Assembly (NCBI GenBank): GCA_934463165.1
Contig: CAKSJG010000016.1
Location: forward strand, 1-64,000
Direction: 5' to 3'
Source of the DNA: an uncultured Clostridia bacterium
GTDB lineage: Bacteria > Bacillota > Clostridia > UMGS1810
Length of the DNA: 64,000 bases
Shown here: piece by piece, positions 28,063 through 36,695 of the stretch
Position numbering within the stretch: the stretch's first letter is position 1
How the letters are laid out: each line of letters opens with the position of its first letter
Translations under genes and position numbers: made by a program
Notes under the pieces: model-generated
The model's database searches: none
Seen by the model: the letters and a program-made list of their open reading frames with translations, nothing else
Told to the model about the DNA's origin: nothing

Positions 28063-28222
28063 AAGCGGAACGGTGTGGTCACCGTTCCCTACGTAGCTAT
28101 TACAAGTTTGCAATATATTATTAAACAGAATCATATTACAGCTTTTCGTTTAAATCAATTTGTTAATTGAAAATATACCTGTCAATTTATTCGTAGGGAA
28201 CGGTGCCCACACCGTTCCGCTG
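28063..28222. mobile_element. MITE/Correia-like element, copy A (~160 bp; roughly 30-bp TIRs that each fold as a GGAACGGTG...CACCGTTCC hairpin).
   Basis: Left end GCGGAACGGTGTGGTCACCGTTCCCTACGTAG. Right end CGTAGGGAACGGTGCCCACACCGTTCCGC. Internal AT-rich sequence is shared with copy B. Confidence 0.65.
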
Positions 28223-28273
28223 CATAAAACATATAAAATAATATGATTAAACGCAAGAACGAGTGTTCGAATA

Positions 28274-28774
28274 TCAACGCACCTGCTTAAGATTTACAAA
28301 CTCAAATTCATTTCCGTGTTCTTTAATTATCTCCAAAAGATCATAAACATTAATCCAGACCGTTGCCGTATTGTCATTCGGATGTATTCCCATAAGGCAG
28401 GGTTCATTTTTAAATTCCTCGTCAATAAAAAAGAATACGGCTCTTTTTTCGTCATTTAAAAGTCCGAACGGTGTTACCGACCCCGGTGTAAGCTTCAAAA
28501 ACGTCTTTAGATCCTCAGCAGATGCAAAGCTTAGGCGACGTGTGTTGTGTTTCGTTCTGAAATCGTTTAAGTCTACTCTTTTGCTTCCCTTTACGGTTAT
28601 CAGATAGTAGTTTCTTTTTTTATCGTCGCGGACAAAAAGATTTTTTGCGTCGCATTCAGGATACGGAAACACAATGTCGCATGCGTCATCCATGCTGAAA
28701 AGGGCGGGGTGCTCCGTCACCTCAAAATGTATTTTATGATTTTTTAAAAAATCATATATTTCCTGTTTATTCAT
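28274..28774 (-). CDS. YbaK/ProX-type aminoacyl-tRNA deacylase-domain protein.
   Basis: GGAGG RBS. 166-aa protein in the YbaK/prolyl-tRNA-editing size range, with the internal motif 'TPGSVTPFG'. Fold assignment by eye only. Confidence 0.6.
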   Translation of the reverse strand: MNKQEIYDFLKNHKIHFEVTEHPALFSMDDACDIVFPYPECDAKNLFVRDDKKRNYYLITVKGSKRVDLNDFRTKHNTRRLSFASAEDLKTFLKLTPGSVTPFGLLNDEKRAVFFFIDEEFKNEPCLMGIHPNDNTATVWINVYDLLEIIKEHGNEFEFVNLKQVR

Positions 28775-28840
28775 AAAAACCTCCGTAAAGAAACCCGCGC
28801 AGCCAAGATTTTAAGCTTAGCTGCGCGGGTTTAAAATTTA

Positions 28841-28914
28841 TGGACCTTCAGGGACTCGAACCCCGGACCGACCGGTTATGAGCCGGTTGCTCTAACCAAC
28901 TGAGCTAAAGGTCC
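28841..28914 (-). tRNA. tRNA with anticodon CAT; acceptor-stem C4:G69/C5:G68 suggests tRNA-Ile2 (lysidine) rather than elongator or initiator Met.
   Basis: Minus-strand sequence folds as GGACCTT-TA-GCTC-AGTTGGTTA-GAGC-A-ACCGG-CTCATAA-CCGGT-CGGTC-CGGGG-TTCGAGT-CCCTG-AAGGTCC-A. That is a 7-bp acceptor stem, a T-loop TTCGAGT, and no encoded CCA. Confidence 0.85.
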
Positions 28915-29158
28915 GCATGTTTGCCGTCTTTTAAACAGTACTTTGCTATTATATCATACTTTAAAAATAAAATCAAGTACTTTTTCTAAATTTTTTTATG
29001 TTAATATATTTGCAACAAAATTAAACCGTTTTTTTGCCTTATTGTCATATAAAAGATATATTTTATGCCGAAAAATTTATACCCGGGCGCGGATTTTGCA
29101 TAACATGCCGACCTGTCCGGGTATAAAGGTTTTGATATATCCGATGATAGCGGCGCAA

Positions 29159-30424
29159 TCAGCAAAGACCGCCGTTTTCTTTAATAAGCTTTTGAATTTC
29201 CGCAATGTCGGCGTCTTTCATCGAAACACCGTTTTTCCATGCAACGGCAGCGCCGTATCCCGCCGCCTCGCCGAGACAGCATACTATGGGCATTATCCTG
29301 ATCGATGCCTGTGCTTCGTGCGTTGCGCTTATGCATCTTCCGGTAACAAGCAGATTTTTGTATTTTTTAACAACCATGCATCTATAGGGGATTGTGTAAT
29401 ATTCGCCGTCTTTAAAATAGTAATGACTTGTGCCCGTGCCCTCGGGGTTGTGGATGTCAATGTCATAATTTCCGAGAGCAATCGAATCTTTAAAACGCCT
29501 GCATTCCGTAAGATCTTCCCCGGTAAGCGTATATTTTCCTTCAAACATGCGGCTCTCACGAACACCGATCTGCGCCGCAGTGTATATAATTTCCGCATTT
29601 TTAAATGCTTCAAAATTTTCTTTCAAAAAGCTCATTAGCTCAAATGCCTGTTCGCGCGCTTCGATTTCCGCACGGGTAACGTCAAAAACATCCGTGGGAT
29701 TTTTGCGCACTATTCTTGTTGAGTTAAAATGCAGCATACCTGCATGCACGGTGTTAAAGATCAGCACATCCTCGCGGATGTTCTTAATGCGCCCCTCCTC
29801 GCGGTATTTTTTATACAGCGGATTGATGAGCGGTCTTTCCTCTCTGTATTTTTCAAGGTCAACATTTCCCACTCGGAAGCACAGCGTCATTGGCTGACAA
29901 AGACTGTCTCCCTCTCTGCCGAGGCGGTACGGGCACCCCGAAACATACGCCAAAATTCCGTCGCCCGATGCGTCGATGAAGCGCTCCGCTTCTATCGTTA
30001 TGCTGCCGGAAACACAGGCAAATTTAAGCGCGGTAATTTTGTCGCCGCATGTAACCGCGTCATATAAGCTGCATTGAAACAGCAAGTCAACTCCCTCTTT
30101 AATCAGCATTTTGTTAAGTATAAGCTTCAGATACTCATCGTCAAAAACTCTTGTTTCGGCTGCTGTTTTTTTATCTTTAAATGCGCCGCACTTTGCAAGC
30201 TCATCCGTAATCTCCTTAAAAAATCCCGCGCTCAGGTCAACCGTTTTTCCGTCAATATTTGTGCGGTAGGGCATAAACGGGTTAACAAGACAGTTGTTGG
30301 CCGCTCCGCCCGGTGCGTTTGATTTTTCCGCAAGAAGTACGCTCATTCCGCATCTTGCTGCCGCAATCGCCGCCGCACAGCCCGAAAAGCCTCCGCCGAT
30401 AACTATAAGATCATATTTTTTCAT
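29159..30424 (-). CDS. FAD-dependent oxidoreductase.
   Basis: N-terminal Rossmann motif DLIVIGGGFSGCAAA. AAAGGAG RBS. Confidence 0.75.
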   Translation of the reverse strand: MKKYDLIVIGGGFSGCAAAIAAARCGMSVLLAEKSNAPGGAANNCLVNPFMPYRTNIDGKTVDLSAGFFKEITDELAKCGAFKDKKTAAETRVFDDEYLKLILNKMLIKEGVDLLFQCSLYDAVTCGDKITALKFACVSGSITIEAERFIDASGDGILAYVSGCPYRLGREGDSLCQPMTLCFRVGNVDLEKYREERPLINPLYKKYREEGRIKNIREDVLIFNTVHAGMLHFNSTRIVRKNPTDVFDVTRAEIEAREQAFELMSFLKENFEAFKNAEIIYTAAQIGVRESRMFEGKYTLTGEDLTECRRFKDSIALGNYDIDIHNPEGTGTSHYYFKDGEYYTIPYRCMVVKKYKNLLVTGRCISATHEAQASIRIMPIVCCLGEAAGYGAAVAWKNGVSMKDADIAEIQKLIKENGGLC

Positions 30425-30547
30425 TTTTCTGCGCTCCTTTTTGTTTATAATGCTATAGTTAATTGTAAAATTACAAAATGTCTTATTTAAAGCACATTCC
30501 GCGATATCTTTTTATTTACATTTTCTCCCGTAAACAGATGAAAATGT

Positions 30548-30716
30548 TTATTTTTCATCGGAACGGTGTGGGCACCGTTCCCTACGTAGTCATTATTAAA
30601 TATTCGTAATTTAATAATTGGAATCATATTGGTGAATTTTGTTTAAACAAATACAATTAATAGGAACTGTACCTATCAATTTATTTGTAGGGAACGCTGA
30701 CCACAGCGTTCCGCAA
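30548..30716. mobile_element. MITE/Correia-like element, copy B (same family as 28063-28222, same orientation).
   Basis: Left end CGGAACGGTGTGGGCACCGTTCCCTACGTAG. Right end TGTAGGGAACGCTGACCACAGCGTTCCGC. Shared internal blocks GAATCATATT, TTGTTTAAA, TACCTNTCAATTTATT. Confidence 0.65.
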
Positions 30717-30879
30717 AAATTTATCCGCATTTTTTCATTTTTATTTTACAATCACCTAGTTTATAATGCTATTATAAAATTTTATGTGACAAAATGCTAC
30801 CACAAACTAAATAAATTCTTGCACAAACGAAACTTTTGTGTTAAAATTTAAATACAAATATATAATTTGAGGTGCAAAA

Positions 30880-31746
30880 ATGGATCTTAATACACTGCTT
30901 GAATATTTAAGCCGCAGCTGCGATATGCTTTTGAATCTTCACGATGTGTCCGGAATACTGTCGGATCGTGTGTTCGGCGTTGATCAGAAATTCAAAATGC
31001 ATGCGCTCGGATTTTGCGACGCGGCAAAAACCACACCTATGGGCTATGACAGGTGCGTACGCTGCAAAAAGACGGTTTGCCGAATTGCAATAAGGCGAAA
31101 AAAGGGATTTTTCGGCATGTGTCCTTACGGAATAAACGAGCTTGTTTATCCTGTATCAACCGGCGGCAAAATAACGTGTATTCTCTTTATCGGCAATACA
31201 ACCGATAACATGGAAGAAACCTGCCGGCGCGCGAGAATAATGTGTCAAAAAACGGGTGTAGATTATGCCGAACTTTCAAAACACTTCTCCTCCGTCCGCA
31301 AAACCGACAAAAAGCTCATGACGGAGACGGCACAGATAGTGGCGGATCATATAAAATATAAATTTCTTACCGAAAAACGCAATATAGTTTTCAGCCGCGG
31401 AGACGGAATAGTATCTCAGCTTTGCCGCCACGCGGAGCTTAACTACAGCCGGAGTCTTACGCTTAAGGCGCTTTCGGATATGTATTTTATAAATGAAAAA
31501 TATGCCGGCAGGCTTTTTACTTCGCAGATGGGCTGCACATTTCATGAATATCTTACGGACAGGCGCCTTGAAGCCGCAGAAGCGCACCTTAAAAACAGTG
31601 ATCTTAACATAACCGAAATTGCAATAGCATGCGGATTTAATACGATATCATATTTTAACCGTGCATTTTATAAGAGAAATAATATGAGTCCGTCGGAGTA
31701 CAGAAAGGTTTTTAAAACGAAAAGCATGCCCCGAATTTATGGATAA
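30880..31746 (+). CDS. AraC/XylS-family transcriptional regulator.
   Basis: C-terminal double HTH with 'ITEIAIACGFNTISYFNRAFYKRNNMSPSEYRK'. Confidence 0.8.
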   Translation: MDLNTLLEYLSRSCDMLLNLHDVSGILSDRVFGVDQKFKMHALGFCDAAKTTPMGYDRCVRCKKTVCRIAIRRKKGFFGMCPYGINELVYPVSTGGKITCILFIGNTTDNMEETCRRARIMCQKTGVDYAELSKHFSSVRKTDKKLMTETAQIVADHIKYKFLTEKRNIVFSRGDGIVSQLCRHAELNYSRSLTLKALSDMYFINEKYAGRLFTSQMGCTFHEYLTDRRLEAAEAHLKNSDLNITEIAIACGFNTISYFNRAFYKRNNMSPSEYRKVFKTKSMPRIYG

Positions 31747-31911
31747 ACTGCCGTTTATGATGCGACAAAATAAGAAAAACGCGTATAATTGAGTGTTTTG
31801 TATTGACGGTAGACGGTTTTTACAGTATAATTTTAATTGATGTCATGAAGCTTTTATGAATGATATCAAAAACGGATATAATACCATTGTGTCCATATCG
31901 GGAGAATATAC

Positions 31912-34074
31912 ATGAATTTTATCAGGAATATGAATATCAAGGTAAGATTTACAATTTCATATATAATAATTATTTTCACACTTATTTTCGGCAGCAGCAC
32001 ACTGCTTGTCAATATGTATAACAATATTTTGAAAGTTACAAATGAGCTTAACGAGCAAAATCATCGGTTTATAACAAACAACATAATAAATAAACTTGTT
32101 GAAAATCACAGCTTTATTCTGTCGTTTAACGATATAGAAAACATATCGCAGATCACGTCAACCGACAATTTGTATACCCTTTCGGAGCTCGGCGCGGCAA
32201 ATCAGCTCAGAAAGCTTTTTTTGAAGCCGCAGTTTTCAAAGAATAATGCAAGATTTTACGTATATATCAAGCAGACTGACTGCATTATTTCGGGTGCAGG
32301 TACCTTTAAGTCAAAACAGTTTTTTGATTATCTGAATCTGGATTACAACATAGACTACCGCGACTGGCTTGACGCAATGTGCAGTGTGGATAAAATTAAC
32401 GAATACCGCAATATCGGCAAGGACGGCAAATATATTATTTTCTCATCATATCTCAACAAAATGGTTAAGCTTCCGGGTGATGTGTATTTTTCGGGGCTTA
32501 TGAAGAGCAGCGACATGTTCGGCTATGATGAAAAAAACGATTGGTTTTTAAACAGCGCAAGCTATATATTTAACTTTAACGGCAATGTTGTTTTGAAATT
32601 TAACGAAAAATCCGACAAACTGCCCGAGATAAATACCATTGACAGGGCGCTTTCTATGTCTGATAAGTATTTTATTCTCAATTCGACGGTAACGTCAAAT
32701 GACACCGAGTGGCGCGTTGTTACGCTTGAGGACAAGGACCTTGCCTTAAAGAGCGTGAACAAAGTCCGCAATACAACGATAATTTTCTTTACCGCCGTGC
32801 TTGCTATATCCATACTTTTGGCAAAGTTTTTTGCAAGAACAAACTACAGACCGATTCAGCACCTGAGCAGTATGTTTACCGACGGCAATGCGAGGGATGA
32901 ATTTGAAAACATAAGACGCGGAATTGCAGCGCTGACGGATGAAAACACCGAGAACAAACTGAAAATCCGAATGATGAACGACGAAGTGAAAAACATGTTC
33001 ATCCTGAGAATTTTAAACGGCAATTTCAGCAGCGATTTTCTGAAAAGCGCCGCGGAATATTCCATAACCTTTCCGTTTGAGCATTTCTTTGTTATTCTGA
33101 TCTCTGATTATGAAGACGGCATTGCAGACAGACTGAAGCTTGACTCGGGAGGTGACGGCTGCAGGTTTTTTGCGGTTAAGCAGGGTGAGGACGCGGCAGT
33201 CATAGTAAACACCGATTTAGACTATGACGCTCTGAGCGCCATACTTCAAAAAGGTATTTGCTCAGGCGGAGGAAAGTATGTATATGTATCCGTCCGTCAT
33301 GACACCGTTGACGAAATACCGATCTGTTATGTTGAAGCAATGGAGTGCAAGGCGCAGTACGAGGGCTTTAAAAAGCAGCAGCACATTTATCAGTATGCGC
33401 CTGCAAGGTATCTCAGCGACATATACACCCTTTTAAACGAACAAATGATATGCAACTGTCTCAGAACAGGTAACTTTGCAAATATTAAAAAAATGCTCGA
33501 TAACATATTCGTAGAGCTTCGCAAGCTTCACGGAGTGGAAAGGAGTCTGCTTTTTACGGATCTTATCTGCATGGCTTCAAAGACGGTTTATGTTATTGAT
33601 TTGTCGGATCACCCCGACCTTGAAGCGCGTTTTTCGTTTTCGCATCTCAAACTCTTTGAAAACAGCATAGACACTCTTGAGACGGAGCTTAACGATCTGT
33701 ATATGCTGACGTGTAAGATTTCCGCAAAATATTTTGCGGAAAAGCAAAACGAGCTTCAGGTCAGACGTATCACGGCATGCATTTGGGAAAATTATTCCGA
33801 CCCCAATATGTCGCTTTCTTCCGTGAGTGAAGAACTCGGCATGTCGTCAAGACGGCTCACGACCATATTTAAAGATTCCAAAGGCATGACTATCCCCGAA
33901 TATATAAGCGATTTCAGAATAGAAAAGGCAATTGCCCTGTTCGGCGAAGACATGAGCATTTCCGATATTTCGGATTCCGTAGGCTTTGGAAACGTCAGAA
34001 CATTTGAGAGACTGTTTAAGGCAAAATACGGGATAACCCCCGCAAGATATCGCGCGCAGAATAAATTCAGATAA
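31912..34074 (+). CDS. Membrane-anchored one-component regulator: two TM helices bracketing an extracytoplasmic sensor domain, with a C-terminal AraC-type HTH.
   Basis: TM helices near residues 15-35 and 285-305. C-terminal 'ISDISDSVGFGNVRTFERLFKAKYGITPARYRAQ'. No kinase or receiver motifs. Confidence 0.7.
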   Translation: MNFIRNMNIKVRFTISYIIIIFTLIFGSSTLLVNMYNNILKVTNELNEQNHRFITNNIINKLVENHSFILSFNDIENISQITSTDNLYTLSELGAANQLRKLFLKPQFSKNNARFYVYIKQTDCIISGAGTFKSKQFFDYLNLDYNIDYRDWLDAMCSVDKINEYRNIGKDGKYIIFSSYLNKMVKLPGDVYFSGLMKSSDMFGYDEKNDWFLNSASYIFNFNGNVVLKFNEKSDKLPEINTIDRALSMSDKYFILNSTVTSNDTEWRVVTLEDKDLALKSVNKVRNTTIIFFTAVLAISILLAKFFARTNYRPIQHLSSMFTDGNARDEFENIRRGIAALTDENTENKLKIRMMNDEVKNMFILRILNGNFSSDFLKSAAEYSITFPFEHFFVILISDYEDGIADRLKLDSGGDGCRFFAVKQGEDAAVIVNTDLDYDALSAILQKGICSGGGKYVYVSVRHDTVDEIPICYVEAMECKAQYEGFKKQQHIYQYAPARYLSDIYTLLNEQMICNCLRTGNFANIKKMLDNIFVELRKLHGVERSLLFTDLICMASKTVYVIDLSDHPDLEARFSFSHLKLFENSIDTLETELNDLYMLTCKISAKYFAEKQNELQVRRITACIWENYSDPNMSLSSVSEELGMSSRRLTTIFKDSKGMTIPEYISDFRIEKAIALFGEDMSISDISDSVGFGNVRTFERLFKAKYGITPARYRAQNKFR

Positions 34075-34093
34075 CTTCCTTTTTTATAAACAT

Positions 34094-34148
34094 ACACTCA
34101 GGCAAAAAACACCGGCTCGAAAAAGCGCGGTGTTTTTTGCCTGAGTGT
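34094..34148. terminator. Bidirectional terminator: 21-bp perfect inverted repeat ACACTCAGGCAAAAAACACCG / CGGTGTTTTTTGCCTGAGTGT.
   Basis: Lies between convergent stops at 34074 and 34195. The inner CACCG/CGGTG stem is flanked by A6/T6 on both strands. Confidence 0.65.
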
Positions 34149-34194
34149 CTGAAACTTAATAAAAAATGCATAAACGCTTGAATATACCGAAAAA

Positions 34195-35865
34195 TTATAT
34201 ATTGTCATATGCGGTTTGTATTTTACTGTTTATTTCGCTTCTCAGGCTTAATATTTGATCGGCATGGATTTTGCAATTAAATGAGATGTCCGGTATGTGT
34301 TTTGATATTACGGAAAGCACAAAGTTTCTGCCGTAAAGCGATTCCAAAAGTTCGCATGCTCTTATATCCTGCATTTCATCCCTTATTGTCATAAGTCTTA
34401 CGGACGGTTCAACATTTTTTCCGTCGGGATATACCAGATATGATGTTCCGCTTACAAAATCTCCGTTCATATCACTTGATATTTTAGGGTTAACCATAGA
34501 GCGCGCCAGGCAGTTGTGATGAGCATTAAATCCCCAGTTCAAAAAGCCCTTTATTCCGAAATAATAAAGCTGAAATCCGAGTATTCTTCCGCGTTCCTGC
34601 GGCATACCGATCAGTCGGTTTGACATGTACTCATTACATTCGTATCCCGTGTAATAAAGCCATAAACGCTCGGTTTTCCCCAAAAAGTCTTTTATGCTCC
34701 GTGTGTTGACAATCGGATTATCTGTCAGACCGTTTTCAAAAAACGCATAATTGGAAAGAGAATCCCCGGTTAAATAACCCTTCAGTTCATTGCGCAAAAA
34801 TTTTGAGGCGAATTCATAGCTTTTCAAATTTTTTTCTTCCGGTTCATCCGAAATATGAAAAAAGAACCGTTTTTCATATCCGTTTGTTTTCATGAACTTT
34901 TTCAGTTCGGTAATATATGAATGAAGAAAGTAACGATATTCATCGCTCTGCGCATCGGTATGCCATCCGAACATCTTTTTTTCTTTTCCGTTTTCCGTCA
35001 CTATTATTTTCGGAGCGCATTTTGCTCCCCATTGCGTATAAAAATGACTGTGTTCAAAATATTCTGTTCCGCAGCTCAGAGCAGTATCAATAAATTTTTT
35101 CATCAATGAAAAATCAAAGCTGTATTTTCCGTTCTCTTTTCTGACAGAAACAAGCTGTACGGTTTTTCTTTCCTCGCCGACAGGAGTGTCAAGCGGAGGA
35201 GTAAATGCGGGAGTCAAAATCATGTTTTGACCGTTTTTGGCTGCCATGCGTATATATTTTTTTAAACAGGAAAAAAATGAATCCGAAAACGGTTTTGTTC
35301 TTGAAAAGTATGATATACAGTCGTAATGAACCCAGTTTGTCAGGACGGTATTTTGTTTGGGCAATGAGATATCGCAAACCTGTATTTTTATATTTTTTTC
35401 GGCAGCGGTCAGGTTGTTTTCCGTGTTGATAATTTTGATTCCGATTTGATATTCTCCGGGTTTTATATCCGTATTTTCATTTATGTTGATCCAAATACTT
35501 TTCCAATATCCCGCTGTAACCGAAAAACAATTTCCGCTTTTGCGGCAAAGACAATCGGGATATAACCCCGGATTTTTTCTCAGAAACCAGTCATCCGCAG
35601 TGCTGTAGCCTACTCTGAAAGCAGGTACGTTTTCAACAAAATAAATATCTATACTGTTATTTATTTCCGACATAATTTCAACTTTGAATTCCGAAGTATC
35701 ATTCCAGCCGTTGCCTTCTCCATCTTCAAATACTGCTCTGAATGCCGTCTGAAATGAAAATGCCTCGTTTTTAAATATTCGTGCACTTTGTATACTGTCG
35801 CTATATAATTTGCCGTCATAAAAAACGGTGTCGAGTGAATTTACAAGATATGATTCATATTTCAT
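34195..35865 (-). CDS. Putative glycoside-hydrolase-like protein (DUF4091/GH123-like guess).
   Basis: AAGGGGA RBS. Size (556 aa) and Trp/aromatic-rich composition fit a cytoplasmic carbohydrate-active protein. No catalytic motif was identified and the family assignment is not verified. Confidence 0.4.
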   Translation of the reverse strand: MKYESYLVNSLDTVFYDGKLYSDSIQSARIFKNEAFSFQTAFRAVFEDGEGNGWNDTSEFKVEIMSEINNSIDIYFVENVPAFRVGYSTADDWFLRKNPGLYPDCLCRKSGNCFSVTAGYWKSIWININENTDIKPGEYQIGIKIINTENNLTAAEKNIKIQVCDISLPKQNTVLTNWVHYDCISYFSRTKPFSDSFFSCLKKYIRMAAKNGQNMILTPAFTPPLDTPVGEERKTVQLVSVRKENGKYSFDFSLMKKFIDTALSCGTEYFEHSHFYTQWGAKCAPKIIVTENGKEKKMFGWHTDAQSDEYRYFLHSYITELKKFMKTNGYEKRFFFHISDEPEEKNLKSYEFASKFLRNELKGYLTGDSLSNYAFFENGLTDNPIVNTRSIKDFLGKTERLWLYYTGYECNEYMSNRLIGMPQERGRILGFQLYYFGIKGFLNWGFNAHHNCLARSMVNPKISSDMNGDFVSGTSYLVYPDGKNVEPSVRLMTIRDEMQDIRACELLESLYGRNFVLSVISKHIPDISFNCKIHADQILSLRSEINSKIQTAYDNI

Positions 35866-35888
35866 TTTGATTTCCCCTTCGTTTAAAT

Positions 35889-36695
35889 TTAAAGATTAAA
35901 TATTTTTTTTAGTTCGGTTAACGTATTTTTATCGGGCACATCAAAAGCCGGGGGCGTTATACTAAGCTCGGTATATTTGTGCTCGCCTGTTTTGTGATAC
36001 GGAAGCAGCTCAATTTTACTCGGCATATAATCTTTAAGGAAATCACGTATTTTTTTCGCCTCGGTTACACTGTCGTTTATCCCGGGAATAACGGGTATTC
36101 TTATCTGTATATTTGCTCCGCATTTAAAAAGTTTTTTTAAATTATTTATAATGAGACCGTTTTCCGATCCTGTATATTTTAGGTGTTTTTCAGGTTCAAT
36201 GAGTTTAATATCATACAAAAACAAATCCGTATAAGGTAAAATTCTTTCAAAGCTTTTCCACGGTACATTTCCGGCGGTATCAACAGCGGTATGAATATTT
36301 CCGCTTTTGCATTTTATCAGCAATTCTTCCAGAAAATCAATCTGCAGCATACATTCTCCGCCTGAAAAAGTTACTCCGCCCGATGAATTTTCATAATAAT
36401 CCCGGTCTTTTAATATTTCGCGAAATATTTCATCCGTATTGAAGGCTTTGCCGCATACGGATTTTGCGTTGTTTAAGCAGATAAAATTTTTGTCATATGC
36501 GCTTATATTTTTGCATCTTCCGCAGCCGGTGCACCTGCTTCTGTTGTATAATACCTGCGGTTCCGGTTTCTGACTTTCGGGATTATGACACCAAATACAT
36601 TTTAAATTGCAGCCTTTAAAAAACACAGTCGTTCTGATTCCCGGTCCGTCAGCAAACGACCCTCTTTGTATATCAAATATTATTGCCGTATTCAT
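35889..36695 (-). CDS. Glycyl-radical enzyme activating protein (radical SAM).
   Basis: CNLKCIWCHNPE, the Cx3Cx2C radical-SAM motif. Extra Cys cluster CTGCGRC...C. Its start overlaps the GRE stop as ATGA. Confidence 0.85.
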   Translation of the reverse strand: MNTAIIFDIQRGSFADGPGIRTTVFFKGCNLKCIWCHNPESQKPEPQVLYNRSRCTGCGRCKNISAYDKNFICLNNAKSVCGKAFNTDEIFREILKDRDYYENSSGGVTFSGGECMLQIDFLEELLIKCKSGNIHTAVDTAGNVPWKSFERILPYTDLFLYDIKLIEPEKHLKYTGSENGLIINNLKKLFKCGANIQIRIPVIPGINDSVTEAKKIRDFLKDYMPSKIELLPYHKTGEHKYTELSITPPAFDVPDKNTLTELKKIFNL

